A stretch of DNA of 64,000 bases, taken from NCBI GenBank assembly GCA_030704615.1, contig CM060732.1:46314001-46378000 (forward strand). Direction: 5' to 3'. The notes under the pieces were generated by a model. The model did not search any database. It was given only the letters and a program-made list of their open reading frames with translations, and was not told the origin of the DNA. The translations under genes and the position numbers were made by a program. Positions 1 through 12,691 of the stretch are shown here, piece after piece. Within the stretch, counting starts at the first letter, position 1, and every line of letters begins with the position of its first letter. This DNA comes from Takakia lepidozioides (lineage: Eukaryota; Plantae; Bryophyta).

Positions 1-477
1 CCCAAACCCCGAGGCCTTTGGCCACGATTTTAGTACCGTTGGAAAAGCCCTCGATGAGTAGGGGTGCACCGACTTGGTCTCACAAAATCTGGACCTACGG
101 GCTGAGAAATATACAAATATGAACAATTTTGGTCGCTGAAAATTCAACTAAATTACAAAATTAAGTGTTGGAATGACAATGGAGGTCGTACTTGGGCCTT
201 TACATGGGAGAAGCACTTGGGCTTAGATGGGCCGTAACATAAGAGACTCACTTGAATACATAAGAAATTGCACTTGGGTCTTAGATTTCAATTCATTTTC
301 TCTTGGGCGGTGTCCCATTTCTACCTTCATGGCGAGGTTACTGTGAAAGGTGTTATTTTCTCCTCTCACTATTTAGGAGCCTGTTTTGTGAGCTGTTGTT
401 CTTAGGTGTTTCCCTTAAAAAAAAAAAAAAAAATTTTAAAAAAAACCCTCGCACATGGGCCTACGATGCTACCCTAG
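1..477 (+). mobile_element. 3' part of a non-autonomous Helitron-like repeat
   Basis: Shares the ggtaccgttggaaagccc...ggggtgcaccgacttggtctc block with 18570-19072 and 28621-30289. Ends ...gctaccCTAG|T at 477 and abuts the copia pol remnant. Confidence 0.6.
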
Positions 478-2780
478 TCTTCTTGAAGCGCACATGCTTT
501 TCGCGAGTGAGACTCTTGGTCAAACTGTCTACATCACAATATCCCACCAAGTGCAAACCATCCTTGCCTGAGGGACTCCCACTAAAACAAAACCAATGGT
601 CAATAGTACGTTTGAGATACCGTAAGATTCGCTTCACTTCTCTTTGAGAAAAGCCCTTGGCAATGAGTCGGGCTTTGTATTGCTCCATAGTTCTATCTGC
701 CTTGTATTTCACCTTAAAGATCCACCTGTTTCCAACTATTTTCCTTCCAAGTAATAGAGGAACAAGAACCCAAGTGCCATTATCTACAATGGATTTGTAC
801 TATGAATCAAGAGCTTTTTTCCACTTTGAGGCATCAACACATTCTAATGATTCTATCAATGACTGTGGTTCCTCGTTGCTAGTACATTGAAATGCAAAAG
901 TCATGTCTAGAGACTTTACAAACTTGCTGGAGGGCTTTCAACTACGTTGTGAGCATCGAGGTACAAATGGTTCATTCACCTCTTCACTTGCATCCTCATG
1001 AATCTCACCGACATCATCATGACTCCCTTTAGGTCTAAGAGCATGTTCACTTAGTACATCGAGCGCTGCAACTGGAGCAGTATCAATTAGTACTGGATCA
1101 ATGTAATGAGTTTGTGGTATAACATGCGGAGCATTAGCAACTGTGACAAGAATCTCACCAGCTCCCACCTTCTCTGTAAGTCTAGAAGACTCAACAAAGT
1201 GGACGTCACGACTCCTAATCATAACTTTGCGTTCCGAGTCATATAGACGATAACATTAGACCCGTCACAGGACCCAAAAACATGCACTTAATGTTTTTGA
1301 ATCCAATTTTGAGCCTTTCTCTTTCAGAACATGAGCATATGCATCACAACCAAAAAAATTTAAGGTGTGCAACACTTGGCTTATTGCCACTTCATGCCTC
1401 CTCAGGTGTCATATCCTTGACTGCAATGTTAGGTGCTCGATTGTTAACATACACAGCAGATGAAATAGCTTCAGCCCAAAACACTTTGTCAAGACCCTGA
1501 TGCTCCAACACGCACCTTACACTCTCAACCAAAGTTCAGTTCTTTCGTTCTGCAACTCTATTCTATTGGGGGGTGTAAGGTGTAGTCCTCTGTCACTCAA
1601 TCCCATGTTGTTCACAAAACTGATGGAATGCCTTTAAGATGTACTCACCACCATTGTCGCATCGCAGCTTCTTGATCACTTTCCGTGTCTGTTTCGCTAC
1701 AAGAGCTTTGAACACCTTGAACATATCCAAAACCTCATATTTTTTCTTCATGAAACAAATAAACTTGGTTTTCCACGACAAATCATCAATGAAAGTGACA
1801 AAGTATCTAGCATCTCCATGAGAAATATTCTCCATCGGTCCACACACATCACTATGTACCAACTACTTTGATGCCCGTGTATCTGCACCCATAATTGGAA
1901 ATGGAATGCGGTGATGCTTTCCACATACGCAACCTTGACAGAAGTCCAAGTTGGATGTAATATCCAAGTCCATACCTTCGACCATGCCTCCTGTCTTCAA
2001 TCTCTTCAAGCTTGGAATGCCAAGATGACCGAGACGATGATGCCACAACCTTCCCCATAGAACCATTAGTGTCGACGCATTGTGATACGTTTGCATGAAC
2101 TGCTCCCTATATTGGAGATCCCAACAACTTGTAGAGTCGTCATATACGAATGTCCATCACAACTTGCACATTGCGATCACGAGTCTTCATCATACAGCTT
2201 TCAAGTTTGAAAGTAATCTAATAACCTTGATCCTTTATCTTGTTGACTGATAGTAGATTCATTTTGTGTGTAGAACATCCTTGATATCCTCGCAAACTCC
2301 ACTCGGTAGCTTGAAGGGATCAAATAATATCCTTACCCTTGATCTGGAGAGCATTGTCATCACCAAGATACATCTTTCTGTCACCTAGAAGGTCTTTGTA
2401 GGTAAAAATCCATTCTTTGTATGATGTCATGTGCTGAGAAATACCAAAGTTGATGTATCAAGTGTCGTCACTCGGAACTACAGACAAGGTAGTCACAAAC
2501 AATTTACTGTTAGATCATCAGTATCCTCTACATGATTTGCTTTAAGTGCAGATTTCTTGAGTTTGTCAACCTTCCTATCAGCTTCCTTCTTTCGACATTC
2601 ATTAGCATGGTGATATGGTTTCCCACAATAAAAACACCGCCCCTTCTTCTTCTTCTTCTTCTTATCCTTCTCTTGCAAGTTGGATGTACTAGAGGTAGGA
2701 ATAGAGTGCTTGCACTTGTGCTTTGTGTTGAGTGCAATATCTGATAGAGTAGCGGCAATAAGTTGAACTCACTTGAACTC
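478..2780 (-). mobile_element. Degenerate, internally deleted Ty1/copia gag-pol
   Basis: Motifs in copia order: zinc knuckle CFYCGKPYHHANEC, GAG-pre-integrase LWHHRLGH, integrase VHSDVCGP and LRCDNGGEY, RT start YKARLIAKGFSQ joined directly to KRILRYLK...LVGYCD. Many stops and frameshifts. Confidence 0.9.
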
Positions 2781-3113
2781 ATACTTACACTCCAAGAAAT
2801 TTAAGCTAACTGTTTTTTTTTCTACAATAATAAACAGGGAACAGGGGCCTGATGGAAACTTTATTTGGAATTATTTAGGGAAGAAAAAATAAAATCCCAA
2901 GTACACAATGAGGCACACACACCTTACTCAGTGATAGGTCGATCATAATCGATCATTGAAAGAGGGAAAAAACAACAAGACTTGGAGCCGAAGAGCTTTG
3001 CTTGGGGATCCAAGCAAGAAATCACGAAAACGAAGGGGACTTCGGAACAAAGAAACATGAAGAGGCTCTAAGACTAGCAATCATTAACGAAAGTGGAGCT
3101 GCCAGGCATGGTG

Positions 3114-4330
3114 TGTTAGAATTAGGATGGATGAACCTTTGGGTTGAACTCATCATCCATTAGATACTCTAGATACCTAGAATAGATGCGGCTTAGGATA
3201 ACTATTAGATAACTCTTGAGGGAATAAACATATCTCGGTAGGAGACATCTAGTAAATATATGTATTGAGCTCGGGGGAGAGGCAATCAATCTTTGTAGAG
3301 ACCTCTATGGTTGGGAAGATAGCTCTTTTGTCATATTCTTTCATTCCTGAATCTTTAGAAATATGTGTATGTATTCTTGACATGGTATCAGAGTTGGTTT
3401 CTCTGTAGAATTTCTAGTGAAGCATTCATGTACCAATTTGAGATGGAGCAATTTGTTCCTACAACCCCTAGGGAAGCGTATCCAGCAGAGTCCTCTATCG
3501 AAATAAAGATCATTCTCGCCTCTCTTGGTATCTAGTGTTGTTCATTGCAGAATTCTTTACATCAGATTGAGAGATCTAGTTTTATTCATATTTCTGAAAG
3601 TGGGATTGATTAGCAAGAGAGAAATAACTTGCTAGAGCAAAGATATGTGTTGTGTAGTTAATTCCTTGGTGGTGGGGTGATATCTGTACACCTGTATCCA
3701 TATCTCTTTGAGTCTGAGAGAAATATGACATCATTATACTTGATTAGTTTGGTTTGAAATGTCTTCTCAACATCTTAGGTAAAGTTTGATGGAGACATAT
3801 TTCTTATTTGGAAGGACAAGATGAGAATGGTTCTTGTTAGAGAGGGCACATGGAAGGTTGTGTCTGGCAAACATAGAAAACCCTCATAAGTTGATGTTGA
3901 TGTGAATTAGATCAGTGAGAGGATCTTGATCAGAAAGCTCTTGCAACTATTTCTTTACATGTGAGTGATTCCCTATTTGGGTAAGTGGGTAAGCATGAGA
4001 CACCTTTTAAAGCTTGGGAATTCCTAGTTAGGATGTATGAGCCCAAGAATGGAAATGCATTGTTGCAATTACGACAATAATTTTTCACTCTTAAGATGAG
4101 TGAGGGAGATTCCATTGCTTCTCACATAACCAAGATGCGAACTTTACCTGATCAGATTGCAATGGCAAGGTCTAAGATTTTAGAGTTAGACACCTACATG
4201 ACATTAACGGAAAGTTTGATTCCAACATTTGAGTTTGTTGTGGTATCTCTTGGAACTCGTTCTATTACTAATTTGTCCATGGAGTTGGTTATTGGAGTGC
4301 TCCTCCAAGAGGAATTGTGTCATAAGGGCA
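3114..4330 (+). mobile_element. Truncated copia 5' end: LTR, PBS and gag fragment
   Basis: TG...CA segment 3114-3382 followed directly by a tRNA-iMet PBS TGGTATCAGAG (3383-3393). Gag-like KFDG...WKDKMRMVLV and UBN2-like KMSEGDSIASHITKM follow. Confidence 0.75.
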
Positions 4331-5785
4331 ACCATGTTAGAAAGCTATTTAGTGGGCTGCAAGATGGACCGGCCTTCCACAACCTATTATATTGTATGGG
4401 TCGATTAGATCGGACCTTGACAGCCCTTATTTGATTGGTCATATGCACTTCTACCCTAACATCGTCTGATTTTTCTGGGAGAAACAGCAGCATCGATGGA
4501 TGAAATATGGAAGGAACGAGAAACGTCAAGTAGAAGTATATATAGACCTAGCCTGTCCACTGTCATCTTCTCCACTGAAGCTCACGCCTTCTCTCCTCCT
4601 CAACTGCCCTCGGAAGGGCACCGCAAGTTGGGCACCACGATGCCTCACACGCTAAGCCCTCACCAAGTTCTCTGTCTATTCACGTGAAGGTTGAACTTTC
4701 CGATTTCTCTCTCTGAGACGAAACAAGAGGTCGTGCATTGTGGAATGGGATGGGTCCAGATGTAATGTTTGGGTCCTGCACACCCCCTGCATATAACGAG
4801 GGGTGCACTGGGAGGGGTACTTGTTGGTGGTTGTTGCTGAGAGAGCGACGGAGATCATTGACTCAATTTTCAGGGCAGCAGATGTTCCTGAGCTGGAGCT
4901 CTTCATCTCCAGTTCTGTACTTGGCTACAACCTGCTTGATCCTGCAGTTCATCTCAAATCCTTAGCCAACTAGTACTGACCCTCTACGCCAAGGCTACAG
5001 TAGCACTTCTTTTAGGTCCCGAATTCATCGTTTTGGACAAATTTCTGGTCCTAAATCTTTCTCTGCAGGTCCCTGGTGTTACTATTTTCTGCCTACTGTC
5101 TGCTGGCCCTTTGCTTCAGTGGAATGTCTTGAAGGTTTGGCGGATGGGGAGACGAAGGAAGAGCTTCTTGACAGACGTGGAGGCGTGGAGCCCAAAAAGG
5201 AGTGCTGAGCTACTGCACGTCAACTGACACGCAGTAAGTAATGTAGACATTTTACGGAAAGTTGGATTTCAAAGTAATGTTCACTAATGGCGTTGTATCG
5301 AGGTCCTGCCAGGGCTTTCTGAGGCTCTCAACTGCAGATAGAAGAGATCATGGTCATGGGTACATCTGCAACCATGTTTGCCGATTCATGTTCAAGGGAT
5401 TGTACCGGCCTTCTTGATATCATGAAGTTCGATGACAGGAAGGTTTCTCGAAGGTTTATAATAGAGCTTAGTATGTGAATGGGGCTTTCTTCTATTCTGC
5501 AAGTGTCTCCATCCTTTACAAGTGCATTTGCCTAATGTCACCGTTGCCCCGCATACTGGTCGAAGGCTACTGGAGGATACTGCATAGTGTATGGACAGGC
5601 TCGGATAACTACAACCCGGATTCAATTTTTCCAAACCAGAGAAGTGCTGGAAGACGACTGCAGTCTAAGTATCGCAAGAATCCTGCACAATGGAGTGGCC
5701 ACTTTGTCCATTGGACGTGCACGAGGAACGTGCCGAGGACACTGGTGATCTACTAGTAGATAGCTGAAGGAAAAGGCTGGCGAAA

Positions 5786-6820
5786 ATGGCTGGGTTTCTG
5801 ACAATAGGCCTCAGCATAGTCATAGGTGGATTTCTTATAGCGTTGCTTGGGGAGCTCTACTATCTCCTCTGTTGGAGGCGGCAACACATCAAAAACCCAC
5901 GAGTGAACAGTATTGACCAGGACCCAACCGTATTTGTTGATACCGGGGAGAGAGCAGTGGAGATAAATGTGGACTTTGCTTTCACCGGGGCCTGTGGAGG
6001 CTACCAGTTCTCAGCACGTCAATCCGACATGGTCGACAAGCTCTTTCCTACAGCATTGGATGCAGAGACAGTAGAGGGTATCCCTCTGCGCACTTTGCCT
6101 GGTCCGCCTCGGATGCTTTTCACTATTATGGAAGAGACCAAGGAGGATTTAGAGGGTATTACATTTGACGTCAACAAAAGTGTGCGGAGGTCCACAGCGA
6201 AAAGCTTCGACAGTTCGGGCACCGTAAGTCCAATAGACACGCCCTTCATCACACCCCCTTCATCTCCCCCGTTCACACTCAGACTTCTCACTCCCCCCAC
6301 AGTATCCCCACTGTCAATCTCTCATACTATTAGACTGGACTCCGAGTCACTTAATTTTACTCTGCCTTCCTTCTCACCTTCCTTAGAGTCTTTCAACACG
6401 CCTATGGACTCAATTCCACCCATTGGCCTTAGCGTTGGACTTCTCTCGGACCCTTGTATGGGAGGGTTTCTTGAGCGAACTTCGTTTGTGGCACCTCCAA
6501 CATCCCTTTCTATTCAAGCCCCCTTGCTATCGCTGTCTTCCCCCAAGACTCGGACCTGTAGAGCCCTACCTTCCCCCAGATCCCCATTCTTAGCGCAGAC
6601 TTGCCCCAAGACCCCCCATCTTGTTACCACCTCCCCTGGCAGCTCCCATTTCTTAGCGCTGGCCTCCCCCAAGTCTCCTCTACTTCTGTCTACTTCTCCC
6701 CTGGAGACCCCTTTTTTATCGCCAGTTTTTATGCCCATACCCGCAAGTCCTCCTGAGGATTTCTCTGACGGTACTCATTTGGCCTCCCCTGCAGTGTTGG
6801 CCTTCAGCAAGTGTATTTAG
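5786..6820 (+). CDS. Single-exon plant membrane protein with N-terminal TM helix and Pro/Ser-rich tail (At2g39560/At5g59350-like family)
   Basis: 344-aa ORF. Family-type motifs IGLSIVIG..LIALLGELYYLLCWRR, GPPRMLFTIMEETKEDLE and TPFITPPSSPPF. Confidence 0.85.
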   Translation: MAGFLTIGLSIVIGGFLIALLGELYYLLCWRRQHIKNPRVNSIDQDPTVFVDTGERAVEINVDFAFTGACGGYQFSARQSDMVDKLFPTALDAETVEGIPLRTLPGPPRMLFTIMEETKEDLEGITFDVNKSVRRSTAKSFDSSGTVSPIDTPFITPPSSPPFTLRLLTPPTVSPLSISHTIRLDSESLNFTLPSFSPSLESFNTPMDSIPPIGLSVGLLSDPCMGGFLERTSFVAPPTSLSIQAPLLSLSSPKTRTCRALPSPRSPFLAQTCPKTPHLVTTSPGSSHFLALASPKSPLLLSTSPLETPFLSPVFMPIPASPPEDFSDGTHLASPAVLAFSKCI

Positions 6821-9800
6821 TTTTGTTTCAGAGGAGGGACCTCCTCCCCTGGGAAACCAATCTTCAAACGGTCATGCAGTCCGCTGTAAGAGGCAGTGCA
6901 TCAGGAGAACATTTCCAACTGCATTCTCGCGAGGAGAAGAGGACTCTGAACATGCAATGGATTGCCATCTCCTTCAATAACTAGACAGTAGTCCGACTGT
7001 GAGACATTCAAGCTCGCACTCATATGTACGGGATGATTTGCATTTTCAGTGAATTTTGTTGGTTTTTCGGGGACATTTCAACACTAATAAAGAATGCTAT
7101 GCAGTTCAGTAGGTAGACCACACAGTGCCATTCTCCATCTGAGTCTCGTGCAAAGATGTACAAGTTTTATACTACTCGTTAATGTGTCCTTTTAATCATC
7201 TGTGTAGGAACACTTTCTTGACTCGAATCTTTCGAGAGTTGGAGGGTCAGAGCTGTTTCCTTCAGAGTACTAGTGATCAATGTGAAGACATTGTAGCACC
7301 TTAAATTGAATTTTCCCCTGCAGGCGGTTCAAGAGGAGCAAGATTCCTAATGAATGATCCTCGGTAGGCCAGAAGCAGAATGCCATCATGCCAGCAGAAG
7401 CATTCTACACGAGACCCGCTATTACCTTCAACGCTAGAAGTGACATTCCACGTGAGCACTTGTGCTGATCAATTGAAGAATATGTACCGAACTCTTTGCA
7501 AAAATGTCAAGAGACTTACGACACACTGAATCCTTGAAAATCCCTCATAACCCTGAACCATGCCTCAAAATGTGAAGTGCAGTTGCAGGTGGCCCAAATT
7601 GACGAGGTCGACGTTGATGACTAGAGAACAACAGCACGCCAAAAACAGTAACAACACATGATTACTTTTGGACTCCTCTACTGCCAGGAATGCCATTTGT
7701 GGATTGTGGATGTTTAAGAGGATCCAAAAGTTGCATTCCGATCGGCGGAGTCAGTCTGTAAATGTAGTGTGGATCCATAGGGCCCACCATATAAAAGAAC
7801 TCCACAGTAATGCCGTCTACACCTCTTCTCTTCTAGCTCGGTTGAAATAATCAACTCCAACTGGAGATATTTTGGAGTTTGACCCGCATCAGCAGTCAGC
7901 ACTGGAAACAATATCTTCGAATACACGGTATTCCATAACAACTGGTCGGTAGTACATGTTGGGTAGTTCAAACTTCAACCTCGAAACTCTGTTGGCGGCG
8001 GATTCACTGTCACGTGGAAGTTAGAGAGAACGTTGATGAGGGTGGTGCCCAAAAGCTAGGGGCTTGTTCAATGTGAGCCATCTCTTTACAGAGTTAGGCA
8101 CATGTGGAGAACACATGCTGGCGTTATGATAACCTGGCTGGAGGTATATCGCCTAGTGGGCGTGTGCATTTTGAATGTAGTCGTGAGTGAGCGCATCCAA
8201 GCTGGTTGCAGGTTATAGTCACGAGCAGCGAGCATATTTGTAGCGAAGCTTTCTGATGGCCACACTGATGCATTCGCTGTCACTGCCAGGTGGACCAGGT
8301 CGACCAAGTGTCTACTTGTGGTGGTGTCATGGCCAAGTGGCAAGCGAATTGTCTACAGCCAAGTGCTAAGCACTGCTTAACGAATTGGTGTTATAATCTT
8401 TGCCACCAAATGTCCTTTGGCAGTAGATTTAGTGCAGGCCCCATACTTTGCATCCTACTATCCAAAGACAATTACTTTCTTGGTCCTATGGCTCACCCTT
8501 GAAGACCAATGGAAACGGGGCCTGGAAGCAAGAAGAAGTGCTCAGTTTTTAAACAATGAAAGAGCCGAGAGAGAAGAGCCGATGATGCCGCCCTGAGGAT
8601 CAAAGCTTTTGAGATGTAGCTCACGCATTCGATCTTAAGTTGGGGAACGAGCTGCACAAGCAATGAACCATGCTTCCGTCCGTCCGTCAATCATGACATC
8701 ATAGTGAATTTTGAACAACACAGATCTGATACATGTTACGATCTGACTGAAAATTCAGTAGTAGCAAAAGAGGGCAGGGAGAGGGTGGGAGTGAATCCCA
8801 GTCAGCAGAGACCATTGACCAAATTCGACCAAAGGCGAATAGGGAAAAGGGGAGTGAAGAGGAGCAAGGAAAGAAGGGGGAGGAAGGAAGAGGAAGAGAG
8901 TACTGAAAAATACAAAAAAGAAATTCCCAATTTTTTACGCACTCCCCATTGCTGCCACTCATACAGAAAAATTGTTCAGACCATCATTTTGGCAGGGTAC
9001 CAAATGTTTAGAGAGATTAAACCAGAAAAAGCAAAGATGAAATAGATCATGTCCACACACGGGCCCAGGGTACACAAGATAGGATAAACTGGAGCTTACA
9101 ATACTACAATGCAAGATAATCCCTGAAGTTACATACTAACAATGCAAAATCGCGTACTCCTCGGAGTCATTTCTTCTAGGTTGATGGTGTGGCATCCCAA
9201 CCTTCACTGTGCACCTAGTCTCCTTACTTGGCTTCTCAGTCCATCCTCTGATCGACGTGCATGCCAAAACCATGACAATTTTCAGTAATTGACATGCAAA
9301 TTGCCGAAGGTGTCATAATGCAAATCCAATGGAGACCCAAACACAACTGCTATTGTAGCTTAATAAGTGAGATTGGAAAGGGTAGAGTGTGAACAGACAT
9401 CACACTCACCTAAGTGGACTCCATCCTACATCTGTCTGAGAGGTTGCATATTCTTATCTCTGCAAAAATAATCAAATGTCTCTGGTATGGGAGTTGATAA
9501 GTAGCCACATCAGGTATTGATATCTGGGGAGAAGAATCTGCGCATCTGTTTCCTAGGGTTATCCCATTCCAAGACCGTGATGGAGGTGGGCATATAGGCT
9601 GCCAATGTCGGTGTAAACTGTAAACCACCACAGGTGAATTGATAGGGAGGATGGCAGGTGACACTTTCCTTATCCAATATGCTATTGGTGAGAAGGTATG
9701 CATTGGTGAACACTTTTGCAATCTTGAAGACTTCTGGTGCAGAATAGACACAATTTGGACTTGGAGAAATTCTATCCAACACGTTACAACGACTATAGAT

Positions 9801-9879
9801 AGATGAATTGAGCATCACCAACGTCATTGCGCGATGGCTGTAAACCTGTCTGCCAGCTGAGCACAAGATGGCTCTTTAC

Positions 9880-10150
9880 AGCTTCATTTAAACCTTGATC
9901 TTTTCTGTAATGTGCTGTAGGATACAACTACCAGCTCACCAATGCTTTTGAGAGTCTGACAGGAAGCATACAGTCTACGAAATATGGGAGGACTGCATAA
10001 GAAACAGCTCTTACCACCATGGTGATTTGAGTTTATTTCACTGTATAGTTGATAATTTCCTTTAAGACCTTCCAAGCTGGTTGATATCATTGCAGATTGC
10101 AGATCTCGTAGTGCCTAGCCCACAATTCCTTGTTGACTTTCATAATGCAA
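9880..10150 (-). mobile_element. Fragment of the (TC)n-tailed RTE/RTEX-like LINE
   Basis: Translates to LYSEINSNHHGG, which is also in ORF 36690-37826. Confidence 0.6.
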
Positions 10151-10214
10151 CGCTTTTTATAGAGGACTCGTCTCTAGGCTATCTTGAGTTTGGTCCCATT
10201 GTCCACCAATTGAC

Positions 10215-10657
10215 AGCTCTATCGCTGGGCATGGGGTCAATGGCCACATGGCTACGGAAAACAACGTCTTATGAGTACATTCTCTCCCTCTCTCTGTGGG
10301 CAACCTGAAGACAATATCCACTTTCTGATTCATTGTCCTGGGTACTCTCACCAGAGACACCCTCTTCAATTCCATCAAGGAAATTCTTTCTGTATCTCTG
10401 TTTACCAACTTCAAAAACCTTGAGGCTGAGCCAAAAAGCCCAGGCCCTTCTGGGGTCTAGTTCTTGGGCAAATCACACACAGCAAATTGATGTTTGTGTG
10501 AAGGAATTTCAAGAGGATATCTTGAAAACTGGGATCAATTTTCTATTTCAATTGTCTATTTCAAAGGTAGTTTCTGTCCCTTTGTGTTCCGCTCAAACTG
10601 GGCGCGCCACAAGGCTATGGCAAACGTCATATGCGTACATTTTCTCCCTCTCTCTCA
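10215..10657 (+). mobile_element. Two tandem 3' ends of the RTE/RTEX-like LINE
   Basis: A 3' end with TC tail at ~10290 is followed by the C-terminal zinc-finger region (LCGQPEDNIHFLIHCPGY) and a second 3' end with TC tail at ~10657. Confidence 0.75.
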
Positions 10658-10969
10658 TGCTTTGCTCTCCCTGCCCTCTAGGAAGCCTGTGGCCATTGGG
10701 CATAGATAAAGGTCTCCGTGACTAAATGCCGGCCTTGTGACCTCGTGTCTTTGTTTGTTTTGACCTGAAGTACTCTGCCTCGGGTAAGGTAGTACATTGG
10801 ATTTAGTTGGAGAGTTTGGGGCCTCTCCCTCTTTAGAATGTCTAGTGGGCCATTCCCTGCAGCTCCTTCGGAGTGGTGATCTCTGAATGGTAACAAGCGG
10901 ACCCCTATCGCTTGGGGGCAGCCCCTCCACGCAAAATGGGCAGTTGCATGCTCTATGTAGAGGTTGGGC

Positions 10970-12060
10970 AAGGGTCAACTTATCAGGGCTGACTAACCAA
11001 AGGAAACAATTTGAATTGGGACAAGTTCTTCAGGCAAATAGGTAGTATCATATTTGTGGAGGGCAAAACACATGGGAAACTTGGGACAAACTGGTCGGAG
11101 ATGTCAATGGTTATAGGTGGTTTGGTAAAGATGTGTGCTAACTTCTAAGGTGGTCTCTACCAAGCGTGTTAAGAAAGGTGTTGACTTCTTTGTCGGAGAT
11201 ATCTTGTTTGACAATTGTGAAATTAACAACAAGGATTTGTGGTATGAGCATAAGCATACCGTAGTATCTGGCTGAAACTGAAATTGAAGGGCAGCATGAG
11301 TAGGATGGACGTCTTTCTGGGTTGTGTTTACATGCCCACAGAGGGGAACCATAGTGCTGACGCAGATAAAGCAATTGAAGAAGTAAAGCTGGACTCTGCT
11401 AAGTTCCTTGCCAACGGCCAGGTGGTCTTATTAGGTGACTTCAATGCCAGGGTGGGTAAAGGTCTTCACCAGGATGATGCCATTGGGCCTTTTGGTGAGG
11501 ACGAGCTGAATTCTAATGGAAGACGTTTGTCTGGAAGAACTTCAGCTTTTGACCTTGAATAATAGGTCATAGGAGACCTTGTGCAGTGGACTCATGAGAA
11601 AGCCCAAACTGGGGGACGATCTATTGTGGATTATATCATAGTAGACAAGAATATGTTTCCAGTGTGCACAATGTATTGATTGATAGAACTGATATTGGTA
11701 CCTCTGACCACTTTCTGGTTTGGACTGAGATCAAAAGGTGTTCAAGAGATTTGTGAAACGTTCGCAGAAGTGGCGCATAGAAAAATTCCAAAATGAAGAT
11801 GAGTATGTCCAGGCCTTGCAAGAAGCTCTCTCTCACTTTGTCCATTCGCTCCAAGATCTTCAGTCTCACTCTGGCGATGCAAAAAAGGAGGTCAAAAGAG
11901 CGGTGGATTTTTGGGAGAGTTTAGTCTCGTCTGTGGCTGACAAGATCATTGGGAAGAAACTAAAGTGGAACACAAAGGGACAGAAACTACCTTTGTCAGG
12001 GGGCTGACGCCGGTAGTATGACTTATTACAGAGAGAGGGAGAGAGAGGGAGAGAGAGAGG
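10970..12060 (+). mobile_element. Degenerate APE-endonuclease region of the same LINE, joined to an inverted 3' fragment and (GA)n
   Basis: VYMPTEG...VVLLGDFNARVG and IVDYII...TSDH endonuclease motifs. 11967-12020 is the reverse complement of the family's 3' region. Confidence 0.8.
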
Positions 12061-12691
12061 GGAAGGGAGAGCCCAAAAGGCAACAAAGAGGTAAGAGCCA
12101 GAGGTTGAATCATGCCATATCTGGACTTCACTAAGTAAATCCCTCTGACTCTGTAATAAAGAGATTGTGTACACAAACAATCGTTGGGCCAAGAGGCACA
12201 CAGGTAAATATTCTCCTTTCTCATTTGGTAAGAAAATTCTACCCCATCATGAATAAGACGTTGATATGAGCGACCCAGTGCGGGAATAGCAGATATGAGT
12301 TCCCCAGTTACGCAAAGCCACTTGCCAGTCCCGCCCACAGCTAATCTCTCTGTAAGCAAAAACAATCATATTCAGACTCCAAACAGAAACAAGAGAGTAA
12401 TGACACTCATCAAATCCTGCAACAATCCTCGTGGGATCATAACCAGCTAGGGTACAAAATCAAGTCCAAAACTGCCATTTATCTCATGCATGGCTGCTGG
12501 AACTCCAAGAATGCGATTAATTTGCACATTAGGAATCTATACACAGAGAGACACTGCAAAGACGATATACACTCACTGATTATTCACAATACAGGATATA
12601 GTCCTCCTGGAATACAACACTCATGGAAGCAGTTGTAGTTTAAATTACGACCATAATCAACTAGGGAGAGGGGAGCAGGGAGTAGTCGTAC

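Noticed and set aside
4335-5335. Solo LTR interrupting the gag fragment
   Set aside because: It starts with TGTTAG, but I could not identify a matching end, TSD or second copy.
6019-6738. Antisense ORFs overlapping the 5786-6820 gene (and similar ones over ASN, TnpD and MADS)
   Set aside because: Shadow ORFs of real coding sequence with no independent motifs.
7330-9870. Short ORFs as genes
   Set aside because: No recognisable domains or consistent exon chain; treated as intergenic or UTR.
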